Positions 1 to 11,924 are shown, numbered from the stretch's first letter. The stretch is 64,000 nt of DNA from Proteobacteria bacterium CG1_02_64_396 (GCA_001872725.1 MNWR01000007.1:5673-69672); one strand, 5' to 3'. Notes: generated by a model from the letters alone, not told the origin. A program made the numbers and translations.

Positions 1-1
1 T

Positions 2-781
2 TGGCGCACCGCGATTACCAAAAACGAAGCAGGCGAGATCCACGTCCGCGGCTACGACGTGATGGACTTGGCCGGCAACCTCCGTTTCGGCGAGGCGATC
101 TACCTGATTCTTAAAGGTGAGCTCCCCTCCGCCGGTGAGGCTGCGATGATGGATGCGATCTTCGTCTCCATGATCGATGCCGGTATCGCTCCCCCTTCGG
201 TGGTAGCGGCCCGCACCGTGTTTTCGGGCGGCAACTCCTATAACAGTTCGGTGGCGGCGGGGATTTTGACCCTGGGTGATTACCACGGCGGCGCAATTGA
301 GCAATGCGCCAAAACCTTTGGCGAGGTGGTCGATGCCGCTCCCGAAGGGGCCGACATGAAAGATCTGGCCAAAAAGACCGTGGCGGAATTCGCCGCGATC
401 AAACGCCGTTTCCCTGGGTATGGCCACAAGATCCACAAAGAGGGTGATCCCCGGACCGTACGCCTGCTTGAGGTGGCCAAGAAACACGGTTTCGGCGGTC
501 GCTACATCGACTTTGCGACCGCAGTGGGCGATGAACTTGCGAAGAGCGGCAAACAGTTGCCCTTGAACGTCGATGGCGCCGTCGCGGCGGTTATTTGCGA
601 CATGGGATTCGATTGGCGGATGGGAAAAGCCTTCTTCCTGATTGCTCGTGTCCCTGGTCTATGTGCCCACGTCTTCGAGGAGTGGATGCGCGAAAAGCCA
701 TTTCGTCGTTTGCCATCCGATCAGCACGAGTACGATGGGACCGAAGACCGTTCCCTGCCCGAAGCGTTTGTGCGCGGCTGA
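2..781 (+). CDS. Citrate synthase-fold protein (citryl-CoA lyase / citrate synthase-like), 5'-truncated by window start. The reading frame is open back to base 2.
   Basis: The translation carries a citrate-synthase signature (…RGYDVMDLAGNLRFGEAIYLILKGELP… GDYHGGA). Only about 260 aa remain after this motif, which fits short citryl-CoA lyase-like proteins. There is no stop codon upstream in frame. Confidence 0.5.
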   Translation, partial: WRTAITKNEAGEIHVRGYDVMDLAGNLRFGEAIYLILKGELPSAGEAAMMDAIFVSMIDAGIAPPSVVAARTVFSGGNSYNSSVAAGILTLGDYHGGAIEQCAKTFGEVVDAAPEGADMKDLAKKTVAEFAAIKRRFPGYGHKIHKEGDPRTVRLLEVAKKHGFGGRYIDFATAVGDELAKSGKQLPLNVDGAVAAVICDMGFDWRMGKAFFLIARVPGLCAHVFEEWMREKPFRRLPSDQHEYDGTEDRSLPEAFVRG

Positions 782-920
782 TTTGAATTTCCCAGTGTTT
801 GTCTTGCGTTGACCGAGACCAAGCGGAACCGCATGATAGGTTCGTCCGTTCCGGGTCGCTGTAAAAGGCGCGGAAAATCTTGGTTTTGTCTGTTTCGGTT
901 GAAGATGGGGGTCCACAGGT

Positions 921-1277
921 ATGCTTGAGCTTTACCTGCCGGTATTTCTCTTTGTAATCCTCGCCACCGTGCTTGGTGTGGTGCCGATTGCCCTTTCGTA
1001 CGTCGTGGCGCCGCAAAAGCCCGACCGCGAAAAGCTTTCGCCCTACGAGTGCGGCTTCGAAGCCTTCGAGGACGCGCGGACGAAATTCGATGTGCGGTTC
1101 TATCTGATCGCCATCCTCTTCATCGTCTTCGATCTCGAAACGGCGTTCCTCTTCCCGTGGGCGGTGGTCTTCACCGACATCGGGATCTTCGGCTTCGTCG
1201 AGATGGTGCTCTTCCTGGTGATCTTGATCGTCGGCTACGCCTGGGCCTGGAAGAAGGGGGCTTTGGAATGGGAATAA
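921..1277 (+). CDS. nuoA: NADH-quinone oxidoreductase subunit A
   Basis: A 118-aa membrane protein with the NuoA/ND3 motif (…[13 protein letters not shown]…[12 protein letters not shown]…). It is the first gene of the nuo array. Confidence 0.9.
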   Translation: MLELYLPVFLFVILATVLGVVPIALSYVVAPQKPDREKLSPYECGFEAFEDARTKFDVRFYLIAILFIVFDLETAFLFPWAVVFTDIGIFGFVEMVLFLVILIVGYAWAWKKGALEWE

Positions 1278-1750
1278 CTGAAGGGGTGTTTGAGCAGGGC
1301 TTTGTGACCACCACGGTCGACAAAGTCATCAATTGGGGTCGCACCAGCGCCCTTTGGCCGATGACCTTCGGTCTGGCCTGCTGCGCGGTGGAATTCATGC
1401 ACGCTGGCGCCGCTCGGTATGACTTTGATCGGTTCGGCATCATCCCCCGTCCGAGTCCTCGCCAGTCCGATGTGATGCTGGTGGCCGGTACTTTGGTCAA
1501 CAAGATGGCCCCCGCCCTGCGCCGGGTCTACGACCAGATGCCCGAGCCCCGCTGGGTGATCTCTATGGGTTCATGCGCCAACGGCGGCGGCTATTACCAC
1601 TACTCCTATTCGGTCGTTCGTGGTTGCGACCGGGTGGTTCCCGTTGATATCTACGTGCCGGGTTGCCCCCCGACGGCCGAAGCGCTGCTGTACGGTTTTA
1701 TTCAGCTGCAGCGCAAGGTCCGACGTACCGAAACGATCGCGCGCATCTGA
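1268..1750 (+). CDS. nuoB: NADH-quinone oxidoreductase subunit B (20 kDa, Fe-S N2)
   Basis: The true start is the internal ATG at 1268 (MGITEG…), which overlaps the nuoA stop. It has NuoB motifs ([15 protein letters not shown]… [14 protein letters not shown]… GCPP). The ORF-track start at 1049 is an out-of-context extension through nuoA. Confidence 0.9.
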   Translation: MGITEGVFEQGFVTTTVDKVINWGRTSALWPMTFGLACCAVEFMHAGAARYDFDRFGIIPRPSPRQSDVMLVAGTLVNKMAPALRRVYDQMPEPRWVISMGSCANGGGYYHYSYSVVRGCDRVVPVDIYVPGCPPTAEALLYGFIQLQRKVRRTETIARI

Positions 1751-1762
1751 GGCGGAGGAGCA

Positions 1763-2314
1763 ATGGCAGATTATCAGGCCTTGGCCAAAGTGATTAAGAA
1801 TCGGTTCGGCGACGCCGTGACCGTTTCGATTCATCGTGGCGATGAACTCAATGTGGAGGTGAGCAAGGAGCAATGGGAGCCCCTTGCCCGCTTCTTGCGC
1901 GACGACCCCAGTTGCCGCTTCGAGATCCTTACCGACCTGTGCGGCGTCGATTTTCCCCAGCGCGAACAGCGCTTCGAGGTGGTCGTTCATCTGCTGTCGA
2001 TCAGCCTGAATCAGCGTATCCGTTTCAAAACCAAGGCTGGCGAATGGGATCCCGTCTCCACCCTGGTCGAGACTTGGAACAACGCCAACTGGTTTGAGCG
2101 CGAAGCCTTCGATCTGTTCGGCATTCTGTTCGAGGGCCATCCCGACTTGCGCCGTCTGCTCACCGATTACGGCTTCGAGGGGCACCCCTTGCGCAAGGAC
2201 TTCCCTCTCTCCGGCGAGGTGGAATGCCACTGGGACGAGCAGCAGCTGCGGATGGTGTACACCCCGGTTCAGATCAAGCCCCGGGAACTTCGCTTCCAGG
2301 ACTATCAGGACTGA
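1763..2314 (+). CDS. nuoC: NADH-quinone oxidoreductase subunit C (30 kDa)
   Basis: 183 aa with a NuoC signature (…ERE(A)FDLFGI…F.GHPDLRR…). It is a separate gene, not fused to nuoD. Confidence 0.9.
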   Translation: MADYQALAKVIKNRFGDAVTVSIHRGDELNVEVSKEQWEPLARFLRDDPSCRFEILTDLCGVDFPQREQRFEVVVHLLSISLNQRIRFKTKAGEWDPVSTLVETWNNANWFEREAFDLFGILFEGHPDLRRLLTDYGFEGHPLRKDFPLSGEVECHWDEQQLRMVYTPVQIKPRELRFQDYQD

Positions 2315-2322
2315 GGTAAGCC

Positions 2323-3495
2323 ATGTCCCAGATCAAAAACTACACCCTGAACTTCGGTCCCCAGCATCCTTCGGCCCACGGGGTGCTGCGTTTGGTGCTT
2401 GAGCTCGACGGCGAGGTCGTGGTGCGCGCCGATCCTCATATCGGCTTGCTCCATCGCGGTACCGAAAAGCTCATGGAGCACAAGACCTACCTGCAAAACC
2501 TCCCCTACTTTGATCGCTTTGACTATGTCTCGATGATGGCCAACGAGCATGTCTACTGTTTGGCGGTCGAAAAGATGTTGGGGATTCAGATTCCGGAGCG
2601 GGCCTCTTACATCCGGGTCATCTACTCCGAGATCACCCGTATCCTGAACCACCTGATGTGGGTTGGCGCCCATGCGCTCGATATAGGCGCCATGGCGGTC
2701 TTCCTCTACTGCTTCCGGGAGCGTGAAACCCTGTTCGACTTCTACGAGGCGGTCAGTGGGGCGCGGATGCACGCCGCCTACTTCCGTCCCGGAGGGGTGG
2801 CCAAAGATCTTCCCGAGGGGCTGGCCGAGCGTATTTGGCAGTTCACCGAGGAATTTCCTGGCTATATCGATGAATACGATGGCCTGTTGACTGAGAACCG
2901 CATTTGGAAGCAGCGCACCGTGGGAATCGGTGTGGTTTCTAAGGAGCGGGCTTTGTCGATGGGCTTCACCGGCCCGATGCTGCGCGCTTCCGGGGTGGCT
3001 TGGGATCTGCGCAAGGATCAGCCCTACGAGGTCTACGACCGGCTCGACTTCGACATTCCGGTGACCGAGGGGGGTGACTCCTACGACCGGTACCTGATTC
3101 GCATGGAGGAGATGCGCCAGTCCAACCGCATCATTCGCCAATGCCTGGAGCAGATGAAGCCTGGCCCCGTGAAAATCGACGACCACACCATCGTTCCTCC
3201 GACCCGCGGTCGCATCAAAGAGGACATGGAGGCGCTCATCGAGCACTTCAAGCTCTACACCGAGGGGTATTCGGTGCCGGCCGGGGAGACCTACGCCGCC
3301 GTCGAACATCCCAAAGGTGAGATGGGGGTCTACATTGTGGCCGACGGGAGCAATCGCCCCTATCGGATCAAGGTGCGCAACCCCGACTTCGTCCACCTGA
3401 TGGCGACCGACGAATTGTGCCGGGGCCACATGGTGGCCGACGTAGTCACGGTCATCGGCACCCTGGACGTGGTGTTTGGATCGATCGACCGCTGA
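2323..3495 (+). CDS. nuoD: NADH-quinone oxidoreductase subunit D (49 kDa)
   Basis: 390 aa with NuoD motifs (…[16 protein letters not shown]… RGTEKL…). An RBS-like GAGG sits upstream. Confidence 0.92.
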   Translation: MSQIKNYTLNFGPQHPSAHGVLRLVLELDGEVVVRADPHIGLLHRGTEKLMEHKTYLQNLPYFDRFDYVSMMANEHVYCLAVEKMLGIQIPERASYIRVIYSEITRILNHLMWVGAHALDIGAMAVFLYCFRERETLFDFYEAVSGARMHAAYFRPGGVAKDLPEGLAERIWQFTEEFPGYIDEYDGLLTENRIWKQRTVGIGVVSKERALSMGFTGPMLRASGVAWDLRKDQPYEVYDRLDFDIPVTEGGDSYDRYLIRMEEMRQSNRIIRQCLEQMKPGPVKIDDHTIVPPTRGRIKEDMEALIEHFKLYTEGYSVPAGETYAAVEHPKGEMGVYIVADGSNRPYRIKVRNPDFVHLMATDELCRGHMVADVVTVIGTLDVVFGSIDR

Positions 3496-3511
3496 TCGAC
3501 TGAGGAGCGAC

Positions 3512-3985
3512 GTGGGTTCACATCAGCCGAGCCAGCATTGGCAGGGGGAGCGACTCCAACAGGCGCAAACGGTGGTCGCCCGTTTTCCCCGCCCCTCCTC
3601 TGCTGTGATCCCCCTGTTACATGAGGCTCAAGATCGGGACGGCGCCATCGGCGTCGAGGCGGTGGAGTCGATTGCCGCCCTGACCGGGGAGCGCCCCCTT
3701 GATGTGTGGGAGGTGGTGTCGTTCTACACCATGTTCCGAACCGGTGAGGTGCCCAACCATGTGCTTTCGGTTTGCACCAATATCGCCTGCTGGCTGCGCG
3801 GTGGGATCGAGCTGCACGAAGCGTTGAGCCGTGCGGTAGCCGAAGGTGTCTTGGTGGAAGAGGTGGAGTGCCTCGGGGCATGCGGCGGCGCGCCGGTTGT
3901 GGCGGTCAATGGTCGTTACGTCGAGAACGTAGCGCTGCGCGGAAGTGAAGAGGTGATGGCATGGTTGGAAGGGGAGCTCAAGTGA
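3512..3985 (+). CDS. nuoE: NADH-quinone oxidoreductase subunit E (24 kDa, 2Fe-2S)
   Basis: NuoE motifs (…SVCTNIACWLRGG… CLGACGGAPV…). The preferred start is GTG 3512, 5 nt after GAGGAG. The ORF-track TTG at 3476 is an alternative. Confidence 0.85.
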   Translation: MGSHQPSQHWQGERLQQAQTVVARFPRPSSAVIPLLHEAQDRDGAIGVEAVESIAALTGERPLDVWEVVSFYTMFRTGEVPNHVLSVCTNIACWLRGGIELHEALSRAVAEGVLVEEVECLGACGGAPVVAVNGRYVENVALRGSEEVMAWLEGELK

Positions 3986-5262
3986 GCGATCCCCGTCCCC
4001 AACAGGTCAACGGCCTGCTGCTGCGCCATCACCGGCCCGACGTGGCGCCGACCCTGGCTGGATACCGCTCCGATGGCGGCGGGGTAGGACTAGAAAAAGC
4101 CCGCGCCATGGATCCGCGCGATGTCATCAACGAGGTCAAGACCTCGGGGCTGCGCGGTCGCGGCGGTGCTGGGTTTCCCACCGGTTTGAAATGGGGATTC
4201 ATCCCCCGGGATGGTGAAGGTCCCCGCTATGTGGTGTGCAACGCCGACGAGGGGGAGCCTGGAACCTTTAAAGACCGGGATATCCTGCGCTTCGATCCCT
4301 TCCGTTTGCTGGAGGGTCTGGCGATTGCGGGACATGCCATTGGGGCGCAGCTCGGGTTTATCTACATTCGAGGCGAATACCTGTTTGAAGCCCAGGTGGT
4401 CGGGCGAGCCATCGAAGAGGCCCGTGCGGGGGGGATGTTCGGCGAGTGTTTCGACGTGCTGATCTACCGGGGTGCCGGGGCCTACATCTGCGGTGAGGAG
4501 ACAGCGCTGCTCAATTCGTTGGAGGGCAAGAAGGGTCAGCCACGGCTTAAACCCCCCTTCCCCGCGACCAGCGGTTTGTACGGGCGACCGACCCTGGTCA
4601 ACAACGTCGAAACCCTGACCTGTTTGCCCGACATCATGGCTTTCGGGGGCGAGTGGTACGCCGGAATCGGTACTCCCAAGAACAGCGGAACCAAGATTTT
4701 TTCGTTGTCGGGCCATGTGCGTCGGCCCGGTAATTACGAGTTGCCCCTCGGAACCACTCTGCGCACCCTGGTTGAGGACTGCGGCCAGGGGGTGCTCGAC
4801 GGTCGCAACGTTCAGGCGATCATCCCCGGGGGCGGTTCGGCGCCGATGTTGACTGCCGCGCACCTTGACACCCCAATGACCTACGATGACATGACCCGCT
4901 TGGGGACCATGCTCGGGTCGGGCGGTGTGGTGGTGATCTCCGACAGCGCCTGTATTGTCGGGGCGGTGACTCGACTGGCTAAGTTCTACGCCCACGAATC
5001 GTGCGGACAGTGTGTCCCCTGCCGCGAGGGGACCGGTTGGATGGCGCGGTTGCTGGCCCGCATCGAGGCCGGTATGGGGAGCGAGGAAGACCTCGAAAAC
5101 CTAGAGCGTCTCACCGGAATGGTTCCGGGGATCACGATTTGCGCGTTGTCGGATGCGGCGGTGGGACCGGTAAAGTCGGCCCTGACCTACTTTCGTTCCG
5201 CCTTCGAGCGCCATGTGCGGGAGCATAGCTGTCCTCAGCGCCGTGCGGCGGGGGGACGGTAA
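3961..5262 (+). CDS. nuoF: NADH-quinone oxidoreductase subunit F (51 kDa, FMN/NADH binding)
   Basis: NuoF motifs (GRGGAGFPTG…CNADEGEPGTFKDR… ESCGQCVPCREGT). The start may be ATG 3961 or GTG 3982. It overlaps the nuoE stop. Confidence 0.9.
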   Translation: MVGRGAQVSDPRPQQVNGLLLRHHRPDVAPTLAGYRSDGGGVGLEKARAMDPRDVINEVKTSGLRGRGGAGFPTGLKWGFIPRDGEGPRYVVCNADEGEPGTFKDRDILRFDPFRLLEGLAIAGHAIGAQLGFIYIRGEYLFEAQVVGRAIEEARAGGMFGECFDVLIYRGAGAYICGEETALLNSLEGKKGQPRLKPPFPATSGLYGRPTLVNNVETLTCLPDIMAFGGEWYAGIGTPKNSGTKIFSLSGHVRRPGNYELPLGTTLRTLVEDCGQGVLDGRNVQAIIPGGGSAPMLTAAHLDTPMTYDDMTRLGTMLGSGGVVVISDSACIVGAVTRLAKFYAHESCGQCVPCREGTGWMARLLARIEAGMGSEEDLENLERLTGMVPGITICALSDAAVGPVKSALTYFRSAFERHVREHSCPQRRAAGGR

Positions 5263-7367
5263 TGGCCACCATCAGTGTGAATGGCCGCGAGGTCATCGTT
5301 CGCGACGGTTTGCCGTTGATCGAGGCGTGTCGACAGGCGGGGGTGGAGCTGCCCCATTTTTGTCATCACCCCGATCTCAAACCGGCGGGTAATTGCCGGA
5401 TGTGTCTGGTGTCGGTCGACCGCATCCCGCGACCGGTGACCGCATGTTCGTTGCCGGTTTCCGATGGCATGGTGGTGAAAACCTCGACGCCCGAACTTGA
5501 AAACGCTCGGCGTGGGGTGCTGGAGCTGTTGCTCATCCACCATCCGCTCGATTGCCCGGTGTGCGATCAGGCCGGAGCCTGCCGGTTGCAGGATTACGGC
5601 ATGGGGATGGGGCCGCAGCGCACCCGGTATCACGAGGAGCGCCGCCGGGTAGCCGATAAGGATTTTGGGCCTTTGGTGGGGACCGACCTGTCGCGTTGCA
5701 TTTTGTGCGCCCGTTGCGCCCGATTTATGGATGAGATCGCCGAAAGCGACGAACTTGGCATCATCAACCGGGGAGACCGCTCCGAGTTGGTGAAAGAGAG
5801 TCCGGGCGGATTCGACAGCAACCTGTCGGGCAACATCATCGACATCTGCCCGGTGGGCGCCTTAATCGACCGCCCCAGCCGGTTCCGCGCCCTGAGTTAT
5901 CAGCTGCGTGGTCGAGAGAGCCATTGCACCCAATGCTCGTTGGGATGCCGGATCAAACCCGGGGTGTTGGAGGGGGAGATTCTGCGGGTGAGCGCCGTTC
6001 AGGCCCCGGCAATCAACGGTCATTGGATGTGCGACCGTGGGCGGTTTGCCCACCTGGGCATGAATCGGGACCGGGTCCTAACACCAAAGATCCGTGGGCG
6101 GGACGGTTGGCGAGAGACCTCCCTCGAAGAGGCGGCTCTTCATGTCGACCGCGGTCTGCGTGCCCTTGATACGGTTGGGTTGATCGGCGGCGGGCGGATG
6201 GATGTCGGCTCGGCTTGGCTGCTGCAACAGTGGATGCGTCAAGGGCTGGAATCGGGCAATCTCGATTGCCGGATTGGAAGGGGAAGCCATGAGGACGACG
6301 GCGAAGCGATCTCGCTGGGCGACTACGGGTTGCCTCTGGGATTGCCCAAAATCGAACAAGCACCTGCGATTCTGATCGTTGGCTCAGGACTTAGCCGCGA
6401 CCTGCCGATGCTCAATGATCGGGTACGACGGGCACAGAGGGCAGGGGCTTGGGTTGGTTCCTTAAGCGATGCCGCAAGTGAAACGCATATGCTCGCCGGT
6501 TTGATCGGCGCCATGCGTAGTCGGATCGGATCCGAGGCGATGGCACAGTGGGGTGAGCAATCGGGGCATCCGCCCGAGGGGTTGCCCGTCGAAGGGCAGC
6601 TGCTGGTGCTGGTGACCCGCGAGGTCGAAGCCCACCGGCAGGGTGCGTTGATTCGCCGTCTGCTCCGCTCTTGGTCTGACCGCGATGCCCAGTTGTTGGT
6701 GGGGTATCCCCATCCGGCCATGGGCCGCACCGCGGGGGTGCTGGCCGGTTTGCTCCCCTGGATGGGACCGGCAGGTCGGTTGCTGCCACGCAAGGGCAAG
6801 GGGATGGGTTTTGCCGAGATGACCCGACCCGCGCAGGAGGGGGGGGTCGAAGGTCTCGTGTTAGCGGGGGTCGACGGTTTCGGGGATGGTATCGACCCCG
6901 AATCTCTGGTTGCGATGGTGCAGTCCCGCCCGTTCACGGTGGTGTTGGCCTCCCACTGGGAGCCTTGGATGGAGCAGACTCAGGTGGTGTTGCCTTGGGC
7001 CACCCCCGAAGAAAACGGGGGGGACTTTGTCTCCATCGAGGGGCGGGGGCTTCGGCTTGATCCGGTGGTTCCTGCAAAAGGGGCCTCGCGACTCAGGGTA
7101 CTCAACGCCCTGTTCAAGGCGGGCAACCGCAAGGATTGGAGCTTGAGCGAACTGAAGAACGAAACCGAAGGGCTGCTGTTGGGGATTGGAGAGCCCATCG
7201 AGTTGGATGAATGTGCCCCCGGCCTGGGCGAGGCGACCGCCTCAGCTTTGTGGCCGGAGGTTCCAGAAGAGATTGTGGTAGGACTGGGTGGGGCGGCGCC
7301 GCTGCGCAGCCCCGAGATTCGTCGGGTCGATGTGCTGGCCGAGGCGATGCAGCGCGGTTTGATTTGA
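5262..7367 (+). CDS. nuoG: NADH-quinone oxidoreductase subunit G (75 kDa), short ~700-aa form
   Basis: The N-terminus has 2Fe-2S and 4Fe-4S cysteine motifs (…[14 protein letters not shown]… [17 protein letters not shown]… [10 protein letters not shown]…). The C-terminal molybdopterin-like region is divergent. Confidence 0.88.
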   Translation: MATISVNGREVIVRDGLPLIEACRQAGVELPHFCHHPDLKPAGNCRMCLVSVDRIPRPVTACSLPVSDGMVVKTSTPELENARRGVLELLLIHHPLDCPVCDQAGACRLQDYGMGMGPQRTRYHEERRRVADKDFGPLVGTDLSRCILCARCARFMDEIAESDELGIINRGDRSELVKESPGGFDSNLSGNIIDICPVGALIDRPSRFRALSYQLRGRESHCTQCSLGCRIKPGVLEGEILRVSAVQAPAINGHWMCDRGRFAHLGMNRDRVLTPKIRGRDGWRETSLEEAALHVDRGLRALDTVGLIGGGRMDVGSAWLLQQWMRQGLESGNLDCRIGRGSHEDDGEAISLGDYGLPLGLPKIEQAPAILIVGSGLSRDLPMLNDRVRRAQRAGAWVGSLSDAASETHMLAGLIGAMRSRIGSEAMAQWGEQSGHPPEGLPVEGQLLVLVTREVEAHRQGALIRRLLRSWSDRDAQLLVGYPHPAMGRTAGVLAGLLPWMGPAGRLLPRKGKGMGFAEMTRPAQEGGVEGLVLAGVDGFGDGIDPESLVAMVQSRPFTVVLASHWEPWMEQTQVVLPWATPEENGGDFVSIEGRGLRLDPVVPAKGASRLRVLNALFKAGNRKDWSLSELKNETEGLLLGIGEPIELDECAPGLGEATASALWPEVPEEIVVGLGGAAPLRSPEIRRVDVLAEAMQRGLI

Positions 7368-7443
7368 CGTAGAGCCACCTATCGGCATCTGCCGATGGCA
7401 TGAATCGACAGACGAATCTGTTTCGGGCTTGAAGGAGCTATCG

Positions 7444-8490
7444 ATGTCCTACTCCGAGTTGTTCGGTAACGGCGTGTTGCCCACCATCTGGGCCATTCTG
7501 AAAATCCTCGTCGTGGCCTTGCCGATCATGGGTGTGGTTGCCTATTTGACCTTGGCCGAACGCAAGGTGATCGCCTACATGCACATCCGCTTGGGGCCGA
7601 ATCGAGTGGGGCCCAAGGGGCTGCTGCAACCGATTGCCGACGCCATCAAGCTGATTACCAAAGAGACGATCATTCCGACCTCAGCCAACCGGATCGTGTT
7701 TGTGTTGGCGCCGATCATCGCCTTGATTCCGGCCTTGATGGCTTGGGCGGTTATCCCCTTCACCGAAACCACCCTTTTTGGGTTGTTTCCTGAAAGTCGG
7801 GCCCTTTCGATTACCGATCTGAACGCTGGGGTGCTTTACGTCTTGGCTATCTCGGGGCTGGGGGTCTACGGCCTGATCATCGCCGGTTGGGCGTCAAACT
7901 CGGTGTACGCCATCTTCGGCGCCATGCGTTCGGCCGCGTTGATGATTAGTTACGAAGTTGCGATGGGTTTCACCATCATCCCGGTCATCATGCTGGCCGG
8001 TTCGATGAATCTGGTCGACATTGTCCACGCCCAACAGGGGGGGCTGCTCAATTGGTACTTCATCCCCTTGTTCCCGATGTTCATCGTCTACTTCATCTCG
8101 GTGGTGGCCGAAACCAACCGCGCCCCCTTCGACGTGGCGGAAGGCGAATCGGAGATCGTGGCCGGGTTCCACGTCGAGTACTCCGCCATGATGTTCGGCC
8201 TGTTCTTCTTGGCCGAATACGCCAACATGATCCTGGTGTCGGCGCTGGCGACGTTGCTCTTCCTGGGCGGTTGGATGCCGATCCTCGATGTCGCCCCCTT
8301 CAACCTGATACCTGGCTTCATCTGGTTTGCGTTGAAGACCGCTATGTTCCTGTTCATCTTCCTCTGGCTGCGGGCCACGTTCCCCCGCTACCGGTACGAC
8401 CAGATCATGCGTCTGGGCTGGAAGGTTTTCCTCCCGTGGTCGCTGGCCTGGATTTTCGTGACCGGCGTCGGCATCCACCTGTTCCGTTGA
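7444..8490 (+). CDS. nuoH: NADH-quinone oxidoreductase subunit H
   Basis: A polytopic membrane protein with a NuoH/ND1 signature (…[23 protein letters not shown]…). ATG 7444 is preceded by GAAGGAG. Confidence 0.9.
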   Translation: MSYSELFGNGVLPTIWAILKILVVALPIMGVVAYLTLAERKVIAYMHIRLGPNRVGPKGLLQPIADAIKLITKETIIPTSANRIVFVLAPIIALIPALMAWAVIPFTETTLFGLFPESRALSITDLNAGVLYVLAISGLGVYGLIIAGWASNSVYAIFGAMRSAALMISYEVAMGFTIIPVIMLAGSMNLVDIVHAQQGGLLNWYFIPLFPMFIVYFISVVAETNRAPFDVAEGESEIVAGFHVEYSAMMFGLFFLAEYANMILVSALATLLFLGGWMPILDVAPFNLIPGFIWFALKTAMFLFIFLWLRATFPRYRYDQIMRLGWKVFLPWSLAWIFVTGVGIHLFR

Positions 8491-8503
8491 TTGGAGGACG
8501 CCG

Positions 8504-8992
8504 ATGAGCCTCTTGAACCGTTGGACCAAAACGTTCCTGATGACCGAGCTGCTGCACGGGTTGTCGATCACGGGGCGCTACTTCTTCAAAAAGAAGTTCA
8601 CGATTCAATACCCTGAGGAGCGGACCCCCCTCTCCCCCCGTTTCCGCGGCCTGCATGCCCTGCGCCGCTACGAGGATGGGGAGGAGCGTTGCATCGCCTG
8701 TAAATTGTGCGAGGCGGTCTGTCCGGCGCTGGCGATCTCGATCGAATCCGAGGAGCGGGACGACGGCAGTCGTCGTACCACCCGTTACGACATCGACCTG
8801 AACCTGTGCATCTTCTGCGGCCTGTGTCAGGAGGCCTGTCCAGTCGATGCAGTGGTCGAGACCCAGGATTTCGAATACGCCTGCGATGACCGTAAGAAGC
8901 TCTACTACACCAAGAAGATGCTGCTGGAGGTGGGTGACCGGATGGAGGCCTCCATCGCCCGCAACATCGCCCTGGATGAGCCCTACCGATGA
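8504..8992 (+). CDS. nuoI: NADH-quinone oxidoreductase subunit I (2×[4Fe-4S] ferredoxin)
   Basis: Two CxxCxxCxxxCP motifs ([24 protein letters not shown]). Confidence 0.9.
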   Translation: MSLLNRWTKTFLMTELLHGLSITGRYFFKKKFTIQYPEERTPLSPRFRGLHALRRYEDGEERCIACKLCEAVCPALAISIESEERDDGSRRTTRYDIDLNLCIFCGLCQEACPVDAVVETQDFEYACDDRKKLYYTKKMLLEVGDRMEASIARNIALDEPYR

Positions 8993-9054
8993 GTCCAGTC
9001 GTTTCCGGTACCCTTTTGGCCCCTTGTCGTCACAAGGTCCGCTAAGGAGCCTGC

Positions 9055-9657
9055 ATGTTCAGCGAATATTTCTTTTATCTGTTTTCTGCGGTGATGGCCG
9101 TGTCGGGATTCATGGTGATCACCGTGCGCAACACGGTGCATGCCGTGATGTGGCTGATTGTGGTCTTCCTCAACGCAGCGGGGTTGTTCTTCCTGCTCGA
9201 ACAGGAGTTCATCGCCCTGATCCTGATCCTGGTCTACATCGGGGCGGTGGTGGTGCTGCTGCTCTTCGTGGTGATGATGCTCGACGTCAACATTTCGAAG
9301 GTGCGTGAGGGCTTCACCCACTACCTGCCCTTGGCGGTCACCTTGGGCATCTTCCTAGTGGCTGAGGTGGCGTTGGTGGTGGGCGATAGCCTGATCTCCC
9401 CCGAGGCGCTGCCCATTCCGGCCCCCAAGGGAGCCGATTATTCAAATACGACCGAGGTGGGTTTGCAGCTCTATACCACCTACCTGTTCCCCTTCGAGGT
9501 CGCCTCAGTGATCCTCCTGGTCGCCCTGATCGGCGCGGTGGTCTTAACCCACCGTCCCGCCCAAAAAGGTGCGAAGTACCAGAAGATTTCGGAACAGGTT
9601 GCGGCCGGGCCTGCGCGTCTGCGCAAGGTCTCCTCCAAGCAAAAGATCAACGCGTAA
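9055..9657 (+). CDS. nuoJ: NADH-quinone oxidoreductase subunit J
   Basis: A 200-aa hydrophobic protein in the conserved nuoI–nuoK position. Confidence 0.88.
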   Translation: MFSEYFFYLFSAVMAVSGFMVITVRNTVHAVMWLIVVFLNAAGLFFLLEQEFIALILILVYIGAVVVLLLFVVMMLDVNISKVREGFTHYLPLAVTLGIFLVAEVALVVGDSLISPEALPIPAPKGADYSNTTEVGLQLYTTYLFPFEVASVILLVALIGAVVLTHRPAQKGAKYQKISEQVAAGPARLRKVSSKQKINA

Positions 9658-9668
9658 GGGGAGTCATC

Positions 9669-9971
9669 ATGGCGCTGTCCAGCTATTTGTTGGTCGCGGG
9701 GGTGCTCTTCGCCATTGGGGTGATCGGCATCTTCCTGAACCGGAAAAACATCATCGTTTTGCTGATGGCCATCGAGCTGATTCTGCTGGCGGTCAACATC
9801 AATCTTGCCGCCTTCTCCCACTTCCATCAGGACGTAGTGGGCCAGATCTTCGTCTTCTTTGTGTTGGTGGTGGCGGCTGCGGAAGCGGCGATCGGCCTGG
9901 GCATCATCGTGGCGATCTTCCGGACCAAGCAGACCATCGAGATCGAACGCCTTGCCGATCTGAAGGGTTGA
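9669..9971 (+). CDS. nuoK: NADH-quinone oxidoreductase subunit K
   Basis: A 100-aa protein with three TM helices and a NuoK/ND4L-like pattern (…[16 protein letters not shown]…). Confidence 0.9.
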   Translation: MALSSYLLVAGVLFAIGVIGIFLNRKNIIVLLMAIELILLAVNINLAAFSHFHQDVVGQIFVFFVLVVAAAEAAIGLGIIVAIFRTKQTIEIERLADLKG

Positions 9972-9998
9972 TCGGGCAGACCGGGAGCCAATGAGAAC

Positions 9999-11924
9999 AT
10001 GAGCCAGTCCACCCTCTATTTACTGATTCCACTGATTCCGCTGCTTGCGGGGACCATTGTGGGGCTCTTCGGATCCCTCAAGCCGGTTCTGCCTAAGGCG
10101 CTCGCCCACTGGTTGACCTGTGGCGGCATGGGGCTTTCCGCGATCCTGGCTTGGGTTGCCTTCTTCGATATCGTCGGGGGCAATCTCTTCCACGGTGTGG
10201 TCTACACCTGGGCAATCTCAGGTGACCTGCAAATCGATGTCGCCTTCCTCGCCGATCGGCTGACGGCGGTCATGCTGATTACGGTGACCACCCTATCGTT
10301 CTTCATCCACGTCTACACCATCGGCTACATGGAGAAAGACCCGGGGTACGCACGGTTCTTCAGCTACATCTCCCTGTTCACCTTCTTCATGTTGATTCTG
10401 GTGCTGGCGGATAACTTCTTGGTCTTGTTCTTCGGTTGGGAGGGGGTGGGGCTGGTCTCCTACCTGCTGATCGGATTTTGGTACAAGCGCGAAAGCGCCA
10501 ACTACGCAGCGTTTAAGGCCTTCATCGTCAACCGGGTCGGCGACTTTGGTCTGGCCTTGGGGATCATGGCGATCTACCTCTACTTTGGCACCCTGGAGTA
10601 CAGCTTCGTCTTCGAGCACGCGGCGGAGTACATCGGCTCGACGGTCAACATTCCTCTCTTCGGTGAATCCGAAATCATCACCGCAATCTGCCTACTGCTC
10701 TTTGTTGGGGCCATGGGTAAGTCGGCTCAGGTCCCCCTGCATGTTTGGCTGCCCGATTCGATGGAGGGCCCAACCCCCATCTCGGCACTGATTCATGCCG
10801 CCACCATGGTGACCGCCGGTGTGTTTTTGGTCGCCCGCTGTTCCCCGATGTTTGAACTGTCTCAGGTAGCGCTCGACACCGTGGCGGTGATCGGCGCCCT
10901 GACCGCCTTTCTGATGGCGGCCATTGGCCTGGTGCAGAACGACATCAAACGGGTCATCGCCTACTCGACCTGTTCGCAGCTCGGCTACATGTTTTTTGCG
11001 TGCGGCGTGTCGGCTTACGCAGCGGGTATCTTTCACCTGATGGCCCACGGCTTCTTCAAGGCGTTGCTCTTCTTGGGGGCCGGTTCGGTTATCCACGCCA
11101 TGAGCGACGAGCAAGACATGCGCAAGATGGGCGGCCTGCGTAAGTACATGCCATTCACCTTCTACACCTTTGCCATCGCCTCGTTGGCCCTGGCCTTCGC
11201 CCCCTCGAAAGAGGTGATCCTCGCCTCGGCTTTTTCGGCCCACACCGCCGCAGGTCAGTTCGCCTGGACCCTCGGGGTGCTGGCGGCGCTGATGACCGCC
11301 TTCTACACCTTCCGCATGCTTTTCATGACCTTCTGGGGCAGCGAGCGGATGGATGAGGAGACCAAACACCACCTGCACGAGTCACCCAAGGTCATTACCG
11401 TGCCCTTGGTGATCCTGGCGGTGGGGGCGCTCTTGGCTTTCTACTTCGGTCACGGTTTGGTTGAGGCCGACTGGTTCGGCGAGGCGATTGTGGTCGCCGC
11501 TGGTCACGAGGCGCTGGAGCACGGTCATCACCTGGCCTTCGGCTTGACCTACCTGCCCGCCCTCCTCGGGGCGATGGGGATTGCGCTGGCCTACTACATG
11601 TACGTGGTCAACACGGCGCTGCCTGGCGTCATTGCCACGGTAGCCCGTCCAGCCTACGAGCTCCTTCAGAACAAGTACTACTGGGATGAGCTGTACGTGG
11701 CGATGTTTATGGTTCCCTCGCAGCGCCTGGGGTCGTTCTTGGCCCATAAGGTGGATATGGGGGGCATCGACCGCGCGGTGGATGGCATGGCGGCATTCGT
11801 TGGGGTTTGGGCGGCGCGGCAGATGGGCCGCTTCCAAACCGGGCTGCTGTATCAGTACGCCTTCGTAATGATTCTCGGCCTGTTTGTCACCGCCAGTTAC
11901 TTTGTCTTCTTCCACCACGGCTGA
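9999..11924 (+). CDS. nuoL: NADH-quinone oxidoreductase subunit L
   Basis: A 641-aa antiporter-like subunit with the ND5 signature region. Confidence 0.9.
   Translation: MSQSTLYLLIPLIPLLAGTIVGLFGSLKPVLPKALAHWLTCGGMGLSAILAWVAFFDIVGGNLFHGVVYTWAISGDLQIDVAFLADRLTAVMLITVTTLSFFIHVYTIGYMEKDPGYARFFSYISLFTFFMLILVLADNFLVLFFGWEGVGLVSYLLIGFWYKRESANYAAFKAFIVNRVGDFGLALGIMAIYLYFGTLEYSFVFEHAAEYIGSTVNIPLFGESEIITAICLLLFVGAMGKSAQVPLHVWLPDSMEGPTPISALIHAATMVTAGVFLVARCSPMFELSQVALDTVAVIGALTAFLMAAIGLVQNDIKRVIAYSTCSQLGYMFFACGVSAYAAGIFHLMAHGFFKALLFLGAGSVIHAMSDEQDMRKMGGLRKYMPFTFYTFAIASLALAFAPSKEVILASAFSAHTAAGQFAWTLGVLAALMTAFYTFRMLFMTFWGSERMDEETKHHLHESPKVITVPLVILAVGALLAFYFGHGLVEADWFGEAIVVAAGHEALEHGHHLAFGLTYLPALLGAMGIALAYYMYVVNTALPGVIATVARPAYELLQNKYYWDELYVAMFMVPSQRLGSFLAHKVDMGGIDRAVDGMAAFVGVWAARQMGRFQTGLLYQYAFVMILGLFVTASYFVFFHHG

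Noticed and set aside
1049-1267. N-terminal 73-aa extension of the nuoB ORF through nuoA
   Set aside because: The extension is Arg-rich nonsense in an alternative frame of nuoA. Conserved NuoB begins at the internal ATG 1268, with the usual nuoA/nuoB overlap. N-terminal extensions of cysK (35161), hisIE (51316), the thioredoxin-like gene (55655), rnpA (53123) and the 57305 lipoprotein ORF were trimmed for the same reason.
2305-3429. 374-aa ORF on the minus strand, fully antisense to nuoD
   Set aside because: High-GC genomes produce long spurious antisense ORFs. nuoD on the + strand has unmistakable conserved motifs, and the antisense product is Arg/Gly/Pro/His-rich junk. The same reasoning applies to other long antisense ORFs, e.g. 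35293..37146(-), 40296..41549(-), 60186..62774(-), 25169..26155(-) and 42972..44039(-).
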